Source of the DNA: Lingula anatina
Taxonomy: Eukaryota; Animalia; Brachiopoda
Direction of reading: 5' to 3'
Length of the DNA: 64,000 bases
Assembly (NCBI GenBank): GCA_051362555.1
Contig: CM120644.1
Location: 13,228,567-13,292,566 of the forward strand
In this document: positions 38,600 through 51,053 of the stretch, piece by piece
Numbering within the stretch: position 1 is the first letter of the stretch
Layout: every line of letters begins with the position of its first letter
Position numbers and translations under genes: made by a program
The notes under the pieces: generated by a model
Told to the model about the DNA's origin: nothing
Seen by the model: the letters and a program-made list of their open reading frames with translations, nothing else
Databases searched by the model: none

Positions 38600-40559
38600 T
38601 TAACTTGCTCCCCAACTGACGTAAAAACTGAGATGTCACGGCGGATGCTGCGTGTTATTTACTATTTATAGTAAAGGATGACATTACTCGTATTACACAT
38701 TATATACATACATGTATATGAAACTGAAATGAACTATCAGAGGCCGCTACGGACTAATTTATATAGCTATTTCTGCGTCATTCAGGTCATCACCGTCCAG
38801 GTAAATTATCCATCACAATGACTCACTTTTGTTAAAATGTAGTCTGTATTGTTTATGTATTATTATTCACCGCAACATGTGTTTTATCAACGCAAAACTT
38901 GCCATTGCGTGGAATTCTCCGAAAATAAAATTGATGATTTCCATTTCTATACACACACTGCCAGATGTACCTGTACTGTGACCAGAATATTTATCAGTTA
39001 ACTTTGAACCAGTGTGACAGGAATGGTAGTCCTACAAATAGAAATCCGGTATCCCTTAATTAGTACCTGACAGGGTTAGTCAGAGTATCGGGGTTAGTAT
39101 ATGGGACGGATGTCACCTGTACAAAGTAATGGGAAGTGGACCACGGTTTCTAGCGGACTACCACTCCTGTTACACCGGACCAAAATTAACGTCACTGCGG
39201 GCTGTACATGGTTATTTACATGTACAACTAAACTGTTCACCAAATATATAATTTTCCACACTTCAGCACAAATTTCTTGTGTTACAAGTACATAGCATTC
39301 TGTTACACGAGAGAGAGAGAGAGAGACTGTGTGTGTGTGTGTGTGTGTGTGTGTCTGTGTGTGTGTGTGTAACCTAATGATACAGGACCAAACAGATAAC
39401 AGATTGTGGTAAAATATATATACTGGGAATGTACAGTAGGCCTACACTGTTCAAACCCATGGCTTGCCAAGGTAATATCTGTGATAATACCTGCTGTATG
39501 ATTCCATAAAGTAATGATTTATCCTATCAGTAATCCACGAAAATAATGGTCCTTCACAATCACAAGTTATAAATTAATCTTAACAAAAGCAATTTTTATC
39601 CTGGAAGGCTATGGGTTGAAAAACATTATTTAAAAACAAACTCTTATCTGTTTGAAGGAGTCAAGTAAGGAATGCCTAACTAACCCCCCCCCCCCCCCCC
39701 CCCCCGAACTTCCCCATCTCCAGTTCTTTTAAAGGCCTTGCATTCAGTATTATTTCTGGTCAACCACCCATTGCATTTTTGCATTTTGATGGAAGAGCCT
39801 TCACGTGGAAATAAGTATAATGATGCCAATTTAAGTCTATGAGTTCAATTAATGGCACTGCAGTATGGGTTAACATGAGCATTTAGCTGGCATGATGAAC
39901 TGTGCATGAAGCTGCCCGATTCTTGATGTGTTTATAAATAGCCTATACCTATGTAACATGCACTAACGTAGGCCTACAGTTCCACCTTAAGTACAAGTCA
40001 TTAATAAATTAATTAAGCCATGCCTTCTCAACCAGTTTAAGCTTCATATGAAGTGACCAATAAGATTTTGCAGGGTGTTCATGTGTCAGGGAACATGAAT
40101 TCTAGAAATATTATAAGAAAACTCTTTAATGCACTTTTTTTTAGATTTATGCTGCTTAAGACTCATATTTAGAGGTACATTTCTGGTAGCCTAATGTTCA
40201 TTCTCCTAATCAGATCAGCACCTTCAAATTTGACTACAATAGGCCAACTTCTATCTTGTTAATAATTCCAAAATACTTGAAAAGCTCTGAAAACGCAGAA
40301 TCAGTATTTCGAGCAATTTCACAGCCTACTGAACGGACTGTATTCCACTACGAACACAGAGTCATATGAATGAACAAAAGGGGAGATCATATACTAGTAT
40401 ATACCAGTTCCTCATTATAATATGAATGCTGAAAATAGACTGCTCTAGGATCGATTATTCAACACACAGGAAGGCTAAACTCGATTATAGGCAATATTCC
40501 CCATATACCGTAGATTTCGTAAACTGTCTGACCTTAGATTTCAGCAGATGAGTACTTCC

Positions 40560-43500
40560 GATTCTAACAAGGCAGCAAAGCTGTCAAATGTACAGACAAA
40601 AAACAGGAAAAAAAAGATGCAAAATAGGTCATTTTGTCAATTTTGATGCAATAATATATGCTTATAATAGCACAGTCAGTCAACACTGATTTTTAATCAT
40701 GCACAACAGGTAACATGGTCAATAACAGGAGCAGATCCAAAGATATTTTCTGACAGTATTCCAAAGTATCTTTGTTGATCCATCCTCCATTTTGATGGTC
40801 TTCCAACAGAAACCCGTAAATATTAACTTTAAAATCTGACTGTCTTCCAGGAGACCCAGAAAATGGTTTCAATCCACCCCTTCAATAAGATTACAGTTTC
40901 AGGACCATGAGAGTTAAAATTCACATGATGAAAGTCCCAATATATGAAAAATGATGACAGTGCATAAAATAATATTACAGCGTGTTTAAAGACATAAATA
41001 CCAATACAACTGCTTATGTGGAAATACTGAAAATGTGCAGAGCCTCAGGTGGATGGGAGTTAAAAATCACATCTTAAAAATGCCAGTGTTGGAGAAAAAA
41101 TTAAAAAGAAAACAACAAAAATATAATTCCAATGAAGCTGCTATTCACTGCTTCCTTATTATGGACACTATGTTATCTAGCAGAGAGCTTAACCTTTGGG
41201 AGTTTACAGGGAAATATCAACAGGTGTGCTATATGAAATTTCATTTAATGGCCGCTTAATTAGGCAAATGAGTTTATAGCCTAGTGAATACCCAAGGGGA
41301 ATTTACAGACTGACCACACAAATTTGTCTATCAAAGGTCTTCAGGCCCATAAGTCACACCTTAAGAAAAGCAGAAAACAATAATGTACAAAATAAAACAG
41401 GAGACTGCCAATTCTGACGCAATAATACATTATGTTTAACTGCACAGTCAAAATCAAATTTTAATTATGCACAACGTACAGGTAACACTGATGAAATTAA
41501 AAGCAGGCTCCAGGCCCATCAGAGTTCAAGTTTACAATTAGAAAGTGCCAGAGTGAGAAAAATGAAAATTTCACAAAAAATTCATAAATTTAATAAAAAT
41601 AATAATCCAATAGAGCTGGTTCTCTAATATGAGCTGTATGTCAATCCTAAGAATCATTTTTGTAAGAATAGTTAAAAAATAGAAAGTAACACTTTACTTT
41701 ACATAATATTAATGGTGGCAGAGCACAAAGTAGGTTTTTTGTCAATTTTGATGCAACATTACATAATGATTAACTAATTAAATACCACCAATTTTAAAAT
41801 ATCTACTATTAAAAACAAGGACATTAAGAAAATTTGATTACCACTGGGCTTCATGCCCAAGGGAGCTCTAAGTCCCACATTGAAAATTGCAACATGTGAA
41901 AGATAAAAATTTTCACAAAAAAACCTGTATTACTTCCAAACAATTAACTAATGAGACAATTTTTCAACTGAAGCTGTATTTCAGTCCTATGTTTCTTTCC
42001 TGTAAGTGTGAGAAGAGCGAGTGACATGGTTTTCCTTTCACCGCCACTACAGAGGCAGTGCCCAGAATAGGGTTTTGTTCAATTTTGATGCAATATTACA
42101 CAATGCTTAACAGCATAATAACCATAATTTTTTTTATAATAAAATAAAAGTATCATAGATATTCAGAAAATGTGACTAGCCTATAGAGTTCAGAGTCATA
42201 CTTTGAAAATCCCAAAATGTAAACAAGAGAAAACTGTATTGAAAGAGTTTATTTCCATTTTCAACACCTTTTTTACATAAAGCAAAATAATCAATTTACT
42301 GTCATTTTTATATGATCAATCAAAAATATGTTGTCAAAGCAAAAATATCAATAGAACAATTATAAATGTCCAACTTGCTCCATTCTGAAATTCTGAACAT
42401 AGTGAATGGTTGAATCTGACAAACTGTAAAGATATTTTTTTTTTTCCATTTTTGACACTTTATTACACAATACACGATAACAGGTTTACTATCATTTTTA
42501 CAAAATCAACTAACAATGTTGTAAAGATGCAGGAAATGCCAAACAAACACTTTTACGTATCTTATTAGTTAAATAATGAGACTGTTAACATGCCTAAGAA
42601 TTGAATGTGAGGAAATGTGAAAAAACAGCATAACTTCTAAAATAATGGACCGATTATGCTGATTTTCCAACTCAACCTTCCTTTTAGTAAGATTGGCCAC
42701 TCCTAAGAGTATTATGACAATTGGCCTATCTGTTTTTCACTTATCGTGTTATCAGTGTTGCATATATGCTGAAAAAAGTGAAAAAATAGCCTAAATTCAG
42801 TAAAAATGACCCAATCATGCTGATTTTCAAACTTGACCTGCGTATTATGAATATTCATCAGTTCGGTAAGTTTCAAGCCAAAAGGTAAAATGGTTTTCCA
42901 TTTATGGTGTTATCGGTGCTGTATATATGCTGAAACAAGGCAGCAAAGCTGTCAAATGTACAGACAAAAAGCAGGAAAAAACAAAATAGGGTACTGTCAA
43001 TTCTGACGCAAAAGTATATTATGTTAAACTGCAAATTCAACATCAAATTTTAATTATGCTCAACAGGTAATTCCAATGTAAGTAAAATGTGTAACAAGCA
43101 TAAGGCTTCAGCCCCATAGGAGTTCAAGTTCACACTCTGAAAATGTATAACTTCCAGAAAAAGAAGTCAATTAGACTGCTTTTCCAACTCAGGCTGCATT
43201 TTAGTCCTGTATTTCTTTTTTGAAAGTTTGGCAATCATAAGTAACATGGTTTTCCCATAATGGTTTTCATGGCAGCAGCACCCAAAATTGTGTGTTCTTC
43301 TATTCTGATGCAATATTACATAATGGTTAACAGCATAATGACAATCAATTTTTAATAATAAAATAAAGGTATCATGGATTTTCAGAAAATGTGACTAGCA
43401 AAGGTCTTCATGCCCATGGAACTTCAAAGTGACACCTTGAATATGCCAAAATAAAAACTAGACAGCACTGTTCTGAAATGGGTTTATTTCCATTTTTAAC

Positions 43501-45265
43501 ACTTTTTAATATAAAATGAAATAAACAGTTTACTGCCATTTTTATATGATCAACTAAGAAAATTGATGACATGGGACAAATATCAATAGAACTGTGGCAA
43601 ATGTCCAATTTCCTCCATTCTGACATTCTGAACATAGTGAATGATTGAATCTGACAAAATGAGTTTTTTTCCATTTTTGACACTTTATTACACAATACAC
43701 GATAACAAGTTTACCATCATTTCTACATAATCAACTAAAAATGTTGTAAAGATGCAGGAAATGTCAAACAAATACTTTTATGTGTCTTATTAATTAAATA
43801 ATAAGACTGTTAACATGCCTAAGAATTGAATTTGAGGAAATGTGAAAAAACAGCATGACTTCTAAAACAATGGCCCGATTATACTCATTTTCAAACTCAA
43901 CCTGCATTTTAGTAAGATTGACCACTCCTGTGAGTTTAATGTCAATATCTGTTTTTCTTATATTGTGTTTACAGTGTTGCATATATGCTAAAAAGTGAAA
44001 AAACAGCATAACTACTAAAATAGTGGCCCGATCATGCCGATTTTCGAACTTGACCTGCGTTGTAGTAAGATTGATTACTCCTGTGAGTTTCATGACAACA
44101 GGCCTATCGGTTTTCCTTAATATGTGTTTACAGGGTTGCATATATGCTGAAAAGTGAAAAAAAAGCATAACTTCTACAATAATGGCCCGATCATGCTGAT
44201 TTTCGAACTTGACCTGTGTTTTATGAATATTCATCAGCTCTGTAAATATAAAGCCAAAAAGTAAAACTGCCTTCCACTTATCGTGTTTACAATGAAAGTG
44301 CACGGCGTCGGGGCTGGCGATGACGGCGACGACAGACGCAAGTGATGGCAATATGTACAGACACATCTATATATATATTTACTGTACTGTTTGAGAACAG
44401 TAAGTGACATGGTTTTTCTTAAATGGTCATCATGGGAGCAGTGCCCAAAATAGGTTTTTTTCAAATTTGGATGCAATATTACATAATGTTTAACAGCATA
44501 ATGACCATCAATTTTTAATAATAAAATATTAGTATCATGGATATTCAGAAAATGTGACTAGCAAAGGTCTTCAGGCCCATGGAACTTCAAAGTCACAACT
44601 TGAAAATGCCAAAATGTAAATAAGACAGCACTGTTCTGAAATGTTTTTTTTCCCATTTTTAACAATTTTTAACATAAAACAAAATTAACAGTTTACTGCC
44701 ATTTTTATATGATCAACTAAGAAAATTGATGAGATGGGAAAAATATCAATAAAGCAGTGTTAAATGTCCAATTTCTTCCATTCTGAGATTCTGAACATAG
44801 TGAATGATTGAATCTGACAAAATGCAATGATATGAGTTTATTTCCATTTTTGAAACTTTATTACACAATACACGATAACAAGTTTACCATCATTTTTCCA
44901 AAATCAACTAACAATGTTGTAAAGATGCAGGAAATGTCAAACAAAAACTTTTACGTATCTTATTAGTTTAATAATGAGACTGTTAACATGCCTAAGAATT
45001 GAATCTGAGGAAATGTGAAAAACATGCTGAAAAGTGAAAAAACAGCATAACTTCTACAATAATGGCCCGATCATGCTGATTTTCGAACTTGACCTGCGTT
45101 TTATGAATATTCACCAGCTCTGTAAATATAAAGCCAAAAAGTAAAACTGCCCTCCACTTATCCTGTTTACAAGGAAAGTGCACGGCATCGGCATCGGCAT
45201 CGCCATCGCCATCGGCATCGGCGACGACAGACGCAGGTGATGGCAATATGTACAGACACATCTGT
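40560..45265. repeat. Block of tandem/nested composite repeats (~1.2-kb units with ~155-bp internal cores and a GGCATC/GACG microsatellite); pearl/HINE (Helentron-derived)-like
   Basis: Homologous segments start at ~42050, ~43270 and ~44440. AACAAGGCAGCAAAGCTGTCAAATGTACAGAC occurs at ~40566 and ~42934. GATGGCAATATGTACAGACACATCT occurs at ~44344 and ~45239. Cores recur at ~43846, ~43999 and ~44159. The family assignment is by resemblance only. Confidence 0.7.
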
Positions 45266-46869
45266 GTCTGTACATAAAAATGCAATAGTATTTTGGTAGA
45301 TATCAAAACCCCATATCGATACAGCGCGTGTAAGAGACCAACCGGTTGGGGGACCGGGTTGGGGGGGGGGGGGTGAGGGAGGGAAAGGACGTCAAAAACA
45401 CGTAGGCCTACATCTTGTCTCGGAGAATGGGAATGATACATGAATACAGGCCTACGGTATGCCGATACCGATACAGAATAAAATACTAAGGATCCACTTA
45501 AATACTATATGGGTCTATATAACGTTGAAAAATACGCCTTTGTGACCTTCGCGTGAATCAATAGGCTTTACGATAAATTTGAAAGCCCCATTTAATGTTT
45601 GAGCTACGTTACCTGAACAGCAGTATATTTCTCCTTCCCAGCCATATTCGCGGTGTATTTTAAACCTTCTTTACTCCTAAATATGTTTACAAGAACAGGA
45701 TACGCCACAATATAGGAGTAATGGCCGGTTTACTCATCCCTCTCAGCTGACACTTGCCTCGCACCTATTTGTGTTGTAAATGCGTTCAAGTTCCGCTTGA
45801 CCCACTTTTAGAAAATGATGTCGCGCATGCGTCTTGAAGACATAAATGATTGAATATCACCCCTCCCCCCCCCCCCCCCCCCCCTCCACCAAATAAAACT
45901 GCAAAAAGGGATTGTTTGTAGGTTAATAGGAATTAATATTTGAAGGTAATTAGATGAACAGATAAATCAACAATTAAAGCAGTATGTGATGCTTTCCGTT
46001 CTTTTTCAAATGAACCAGACTTTTGACAGAAAAAAAGTAAAGAATTAAAGCGCACGGAGAGCAGGAGAGAAAACTTTAATAGGCCCTAAGGAAAAATTCA
46101 GCTATGAAATTCATGCTGTCTTAAAAAAGACATTATCATTCTGTTTCTCCATTTAAGATTTAGGAGTGAATTTATGTGTCAAATAAATATTTTAAATGAA
46201 CGTTACGGAGGGAGTAGGGCCTATCTATAGGCCTATAGGCCTACTAGGCCCTATATAGGGCCTATGGGTTTGGAATTGTATTTCCTATTTAATTTCATAT
46301 TTTGGGGAGAAAAAGTGCCATGTTTTATTCTGTAAAGAAACAATCAAAACTACAAAATATAGTTAATTTTTATCTTACGATCAAAGGAAAATTTGGTTAA
46401 AAAACAATAATTAAAGGGGGTTTGTTCTAGAGAGTAGGTCTACTGACCGTAATAAATAACACATGGTTTCTAAACGAACAAAGGCATACACATGTAGTAT
46501 CGTATATCATATATATATAACACTTCTCAACTACAATGTTCAAAATAAGCGACCTAATTGCAAGTGGCTTGGAGACTTTCTTGTCTGTGTTTCGCGATGA
46601 GCGCGGCGGCGATAAAACTTTAATCATATGGGATGTCAAAAAAGATGTGTCACCTACACGGACAAAGACGCGAAAATGATGACAGATTGACGTCCAATTT
46701 TTCTGAAACAAATGGAACCTGGGAAGCAGACCTTTGTGTCTTTCCGTGAGTCCATTTAGAATGGACAAGCAGTGGCTTCACAACACTGGGATTTCACGAC
46801 GTAGGATAGTTATCAAAACAAAACATTGGGGTTGTTTATATTTTATGAAAAAAAAAAAAAAAAAAAAAA

Positions 46870-46901
<32 letters not shown>

Positions 46902-47732
46902 AGAGCGACCAGATATGGAGAATATCCAATCGAGGCCCAGGCCATGCAAGGTAAAAGTTGATCTGCTCCATGTAAAAAATTGACTTAGTGAGAAAATCTC
47001 GTAGCCTATCGGGCAAGGTTGCGAATTATACATGTAGAGATAAATTTTATAACTACAAAGGCATTTTTTATTCTGTACACATGTCGGAAGTGGATCTGTA
47101 AGTTTTCTTTTTTAATTACCATTATTTTGACACATGGTGAATGAAATGGGTTATCAATTAAAACTTCAACCATAAGAAACCAAAATCGAAGTTTATGTCA
47201 TGGTGAAAACTGTAATATTGGATTATACTTAATACGACATCTGTTATATAAACTAGTCAATTGATGAGAACTCAATGATTGTATGTTCTTTAAACTCAAT
47301 GATGTTCTTAAAACTCTATGATGTACTTTAAACATTAGAAATTGTGCAGAGATATTCAATAGCTACCCATGTTGAAAAGTAGTTTTTTTTTTCTTCAGTT
47401 TACGTGATATTCGGTATACGTCCCATGCTTTTAGCCTTCACAAAATGAATATTAACGTAGATAATAAAAGACAGAGGTAAACATTGCCTGTTGCACTCTA
47501 CCTCTCATTTTAGAAGCACGGCAAACATTACCAGGCTAATTTCTTCATATTTTTCGGCTATTTCTGTAGAAGGTAACGCACTGTCACACCTTCAAGTGTG
47601 TTCTTAAGTAAAACGCCCGCCTAGCTGTTTCCCTCTCAGCTTCATCACAATATTAGTCAGGTGAATTATGTCGGCATATGAATATGACAACAGGGCTGTT
47701 ATTATTGGAACGAATGATTGGTGAAAATATAT

Positions 47733-47774
<42 letters not shown>

Positions 47775-47870
47775 GAGAGAGAGGGGGGAGAGAGAGGGAA
47801 AGAGAGCTAGATGTAAAAGCAAAACTGTGAATATTTTCTATGGATTTATTCTTCTTTCCCTCATTTTCAG

Positions 47871-49241
47871 ATGATTCTGGTTATGGTTGCCCTTGTGTTT
47901 ATCATTTCGTTTCAACAAAGCGTCGCGAACGAATTCTTCTCAGGTAAGTGTCTTGCCCCTAAAGTGTCATCTCTGATATATCCAATACTTAAATTGATAG
48001 ACAATAATTTACATAAAGCGATTTGAAATGAAACATAAATAGGTAAGACAGTTTATTCATTTTATCGCTGAATTCCCGTTTAAACACCAGAACTATAACA
48101 TTTGTTATTAGCCTTATAAACAAAATCGCCGAAATAGCTTTTGACCGGACCCAAAAATTTATTTTCACCGAGTTCTAAAATTTGGGCTTGGAAACGTGTT
48201 ATATTGGGGTGATTTGGAGGCCTTTTTGTCATTTTTAATTCTAACCCATTATTAGCCTTATTTTCTTTTTCAAGTCTTTCACAGAAAGAGGCACTTTATA
48301 AATGTACAATTTCGCTTTGACCAATAAAAGAAATACTGTGGCGAGAGAGAGTCGCCTAAAATGTCCCCAGGATAGTAGGCCTAACTAGGAAAAAGTTGTG
48401 ATGTGCGAGCGCAACATGATTCTACATAGTCATATGTTCATTATTAAAAGTAGCCATTTAAATTTTTTTCAGAGGATAATTGCATCACTCAAAGCGTTCG
48501 TTGTCGCACCACACACCGGTTCACACGAGACTCGTGCCAGTACAGAGATTGTATTGAAATTTTATTGTTCCACTGCGTTCACTATTCGCAAATTAAGATC
48601 CAGCTTACTCAAGTGTGGACTCGCATGGAGAAGAAATGTTTTGGGTCGACTAGGTCAAGGTCATACACTGTCGATCCCTACGGTGGTGAGTATAACTACC
48701 CTCTACTAGGGTGGCAGATTATATAGGGGAAAACGGAAAAATCCAAACAGAGCAAATGACTTTCTATTTATCTAGAGACATATCTGTGAATATCTGTGAA
48801 ATCTGTCGTCTGTAGTCACTGTAGTTAGTGCACTGTCACACGTGTTTTCCAGTAAAACTCTCGCCTCTTTTCCTCTCAGCTACATGTACATGTATATCAC
48901 AATATAAGTCAGATGATTTTGTCTTCATTTCATTTTTTCTAGCTGACCAGTGCTTATCACAAATGCGGACTTGCCAAAGATTGTTTTCAGAACGCACTGA
49001 CTCGTGCCATCATAGCGGTTGTATCGACACTCTGCTCATTAAATGTCGAAAAAATCCACAAATAAGTTACATACTGCAGCAAGCTTGGCTGAAAGAGGAA
49101 AAAAGATGTATCACAGATCCCTCTACTGCAAAACCAACAAGCGGCAGGAGACTGAGTAACCTACCTCAACTGGAACTTAATTTAGGAATTACAATTTTGC
49201 CAGTTTTGAAGATTGTTGAATTTTACTACAGGTTGCTGTAG
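47871..49241 (+). CDS. Secreted protein with two tandem 6-Cys domains and a hydrophobic C-terminus, ~194 aa, 3 coding exons
   Basis: Exon 47871-47943 encodes MILVMVALVFIISFQQSVANEFFS. Exon 48473-48685 encodes EDNCITQSVRCRTTHRFTRDSCQYRDCIEILLFHCVHYSQIKIQLTQVWTRMEKKCF... Exon 48943-49241 encodes ADQCLSQMRTCQRLFSERTDSCHHSGCIDTLLIKC...WLKEEKRC... All junctions are phase 1 and GT-AG; 585 nt open. Confidence 0.82.
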
Positions 49242-49384
49242 TAACATGGGAAGAATAACGTTGACGTTGAAAATATGTTGGACAGTCAGAAGTGACAGTC
49301 ATAAAAAAAGAGAAAAATGAGTGTTTTTTAATCGTATATTTCCTATTCAAGAATGTATTTATCCAACCCTCGGGATGCAAATTT

Positions 49385-49385
49385 G

Positions 49386-49465
<80 letters not shown>
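49385..49465. repeat. (AAT)n immediately followed by (TAT/TTA)n microsatellite
   Basis: Direct observation. The two halves are reverse complements. Confidence 0.9.
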
Positions 49466-49466
<1 letters not shown>

Positions 49467-49470
49467 TTTA

Positions 49471-49501
<31 letters not shown>

Positions 49502-51053
49502 TGTTGATTATTCCTCCATTTTTGACCGTCTTCGCACAGAAAGATCCTGAAGACGGCCCTTCGCCCCTGGCACGATTTGAAATAAATCAAAATAGTGAAA
49601 TTTGCAAAGCCTGCTGCACCGTTTTGGTTGATTTTACTTAATTTGCTTTCTGATGTCGTTTTGAGAAGGTATATTGGAAATATTAAGTTGATTGTATTTA
49701 TTCAAAGGTAAGTCCATCGGGATTTGTTAACATAATATTTATTTTGCCTTTGTTGCACGGGGAATTCCTTTGTATTTATAGTGTTATGTGTGGACCCAAA
49801 GGAATTTCCCACCCCTCCCCCACTCTTGATAAAGAAAATAATGATGTGGGAGAATGAAAATAAAAGTGCAAGAATACGTTGAAAATTGTATGAAGGTTAA
49901 TTGCTGGTAATGCTGTGAGGAAATTCTTATGAGTGGGCGAAATTGGCCAATGTAAAAATTTTAACTTCTACTTCCGTATTTTAGCCACCAGCTCTAATTT
50001 TTCGAAAGCGAGGCAAGGGCTATCAAACAATTACGATACAATTTTCAATCTCGTAAAATAGAAATTCTTCAATAATGATTAGAGCATAGCGTACATTAAA
50101 AGACCTTTGGGTTTTTATTGTAATCTTCAATAATAATAAACATAAAACATACGACATAATAAATCCTAATGTTTGACTCATTTATCAGCTTAATTGACAT
50201 TTTGTACAATTTTCAGGCTAAAAAAAAGCCAAAGACAGCCAGGTTGACCTCGTTGGTCGTTTTGGTAGCCCATTTAATTAACTGCACATGCAGCAGTAAT
50301 GCACCCTACTAATGCATTTTGGGGGACTTTCTCGAACTGGATGGACAGGCAAGTACATGTAGGTCTATTTAAGACCAAAATTTTGAAAAAGGTGCAATTT
50401 TACAGCTCTTTAATGGTTGAGAGAGTGATTAATACAAGTTCACTTTGAGTAGTATAAGAAACTAGTAGAAGTGGTTCATATGAAGTGTTTCATATGAGAT
50501 ATGGGGAAATCCGTGCCCTCTTCAAATGTAATTTTAAACTCTCTAAACAATGAGCTTACAGCTCATTTTCACCTCTACCACGAATTGGTATTGAAAAGGT
50601 ATAAAGTTTATAGTCTATAAATCAGATCGATTTAATTCTGCGGGGCTTCCCGCTAAAGTGCTATCAGTGTAATCAACTTAATTGTCTGGCATACCCCCAA
50701 GAGGGCAATAGACTATCATTAATTACCCTCTCGGAGCTTGGGTAGCCGTGCCAGACATTTAAGCCGCGTATGCAATTTATCGAGAGTCCCCCCAAAGTTA
50801 GATCGAACCAGCTAGTACGGATTATGGGAACACTCCCTATGTTTAATATATATTTAGAAGATATACTAATCCCAAATGTCGAAGTAATCAACATCTACGA
50901 CACCCAATAACCCAATTCTAAAATGGCGTCCATCAGACATAATATACCGGTAAATGTATAGTCTAAGCATTCCTAGGTATAAAATATTTCTATATGTCAA
51001 ACAAAGCAACATATGGTTTCTTTTTTTCCCGCAAATTACTGAATTTTTAGCTG

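Noticed and set aside
43794-45441. 190-aa and 149-aa minus-strand ORFs with internal repeats
   Set aside because: Translations of the ~155-bp repeat cores; the frame is not conserved in sibling units.
48398-48709. 103-aa ORF from the track
   Set aside because: Wrong frame. The supported exon is 48473-48685 in a different frame, encoding the 6-Cys domain.
49385-49465. Potential cruciform from (AAT)n-(ATT)n
   Set aside because: A common microsatellite juxtaposition with no evidence of function; kept only as a repeat feature.
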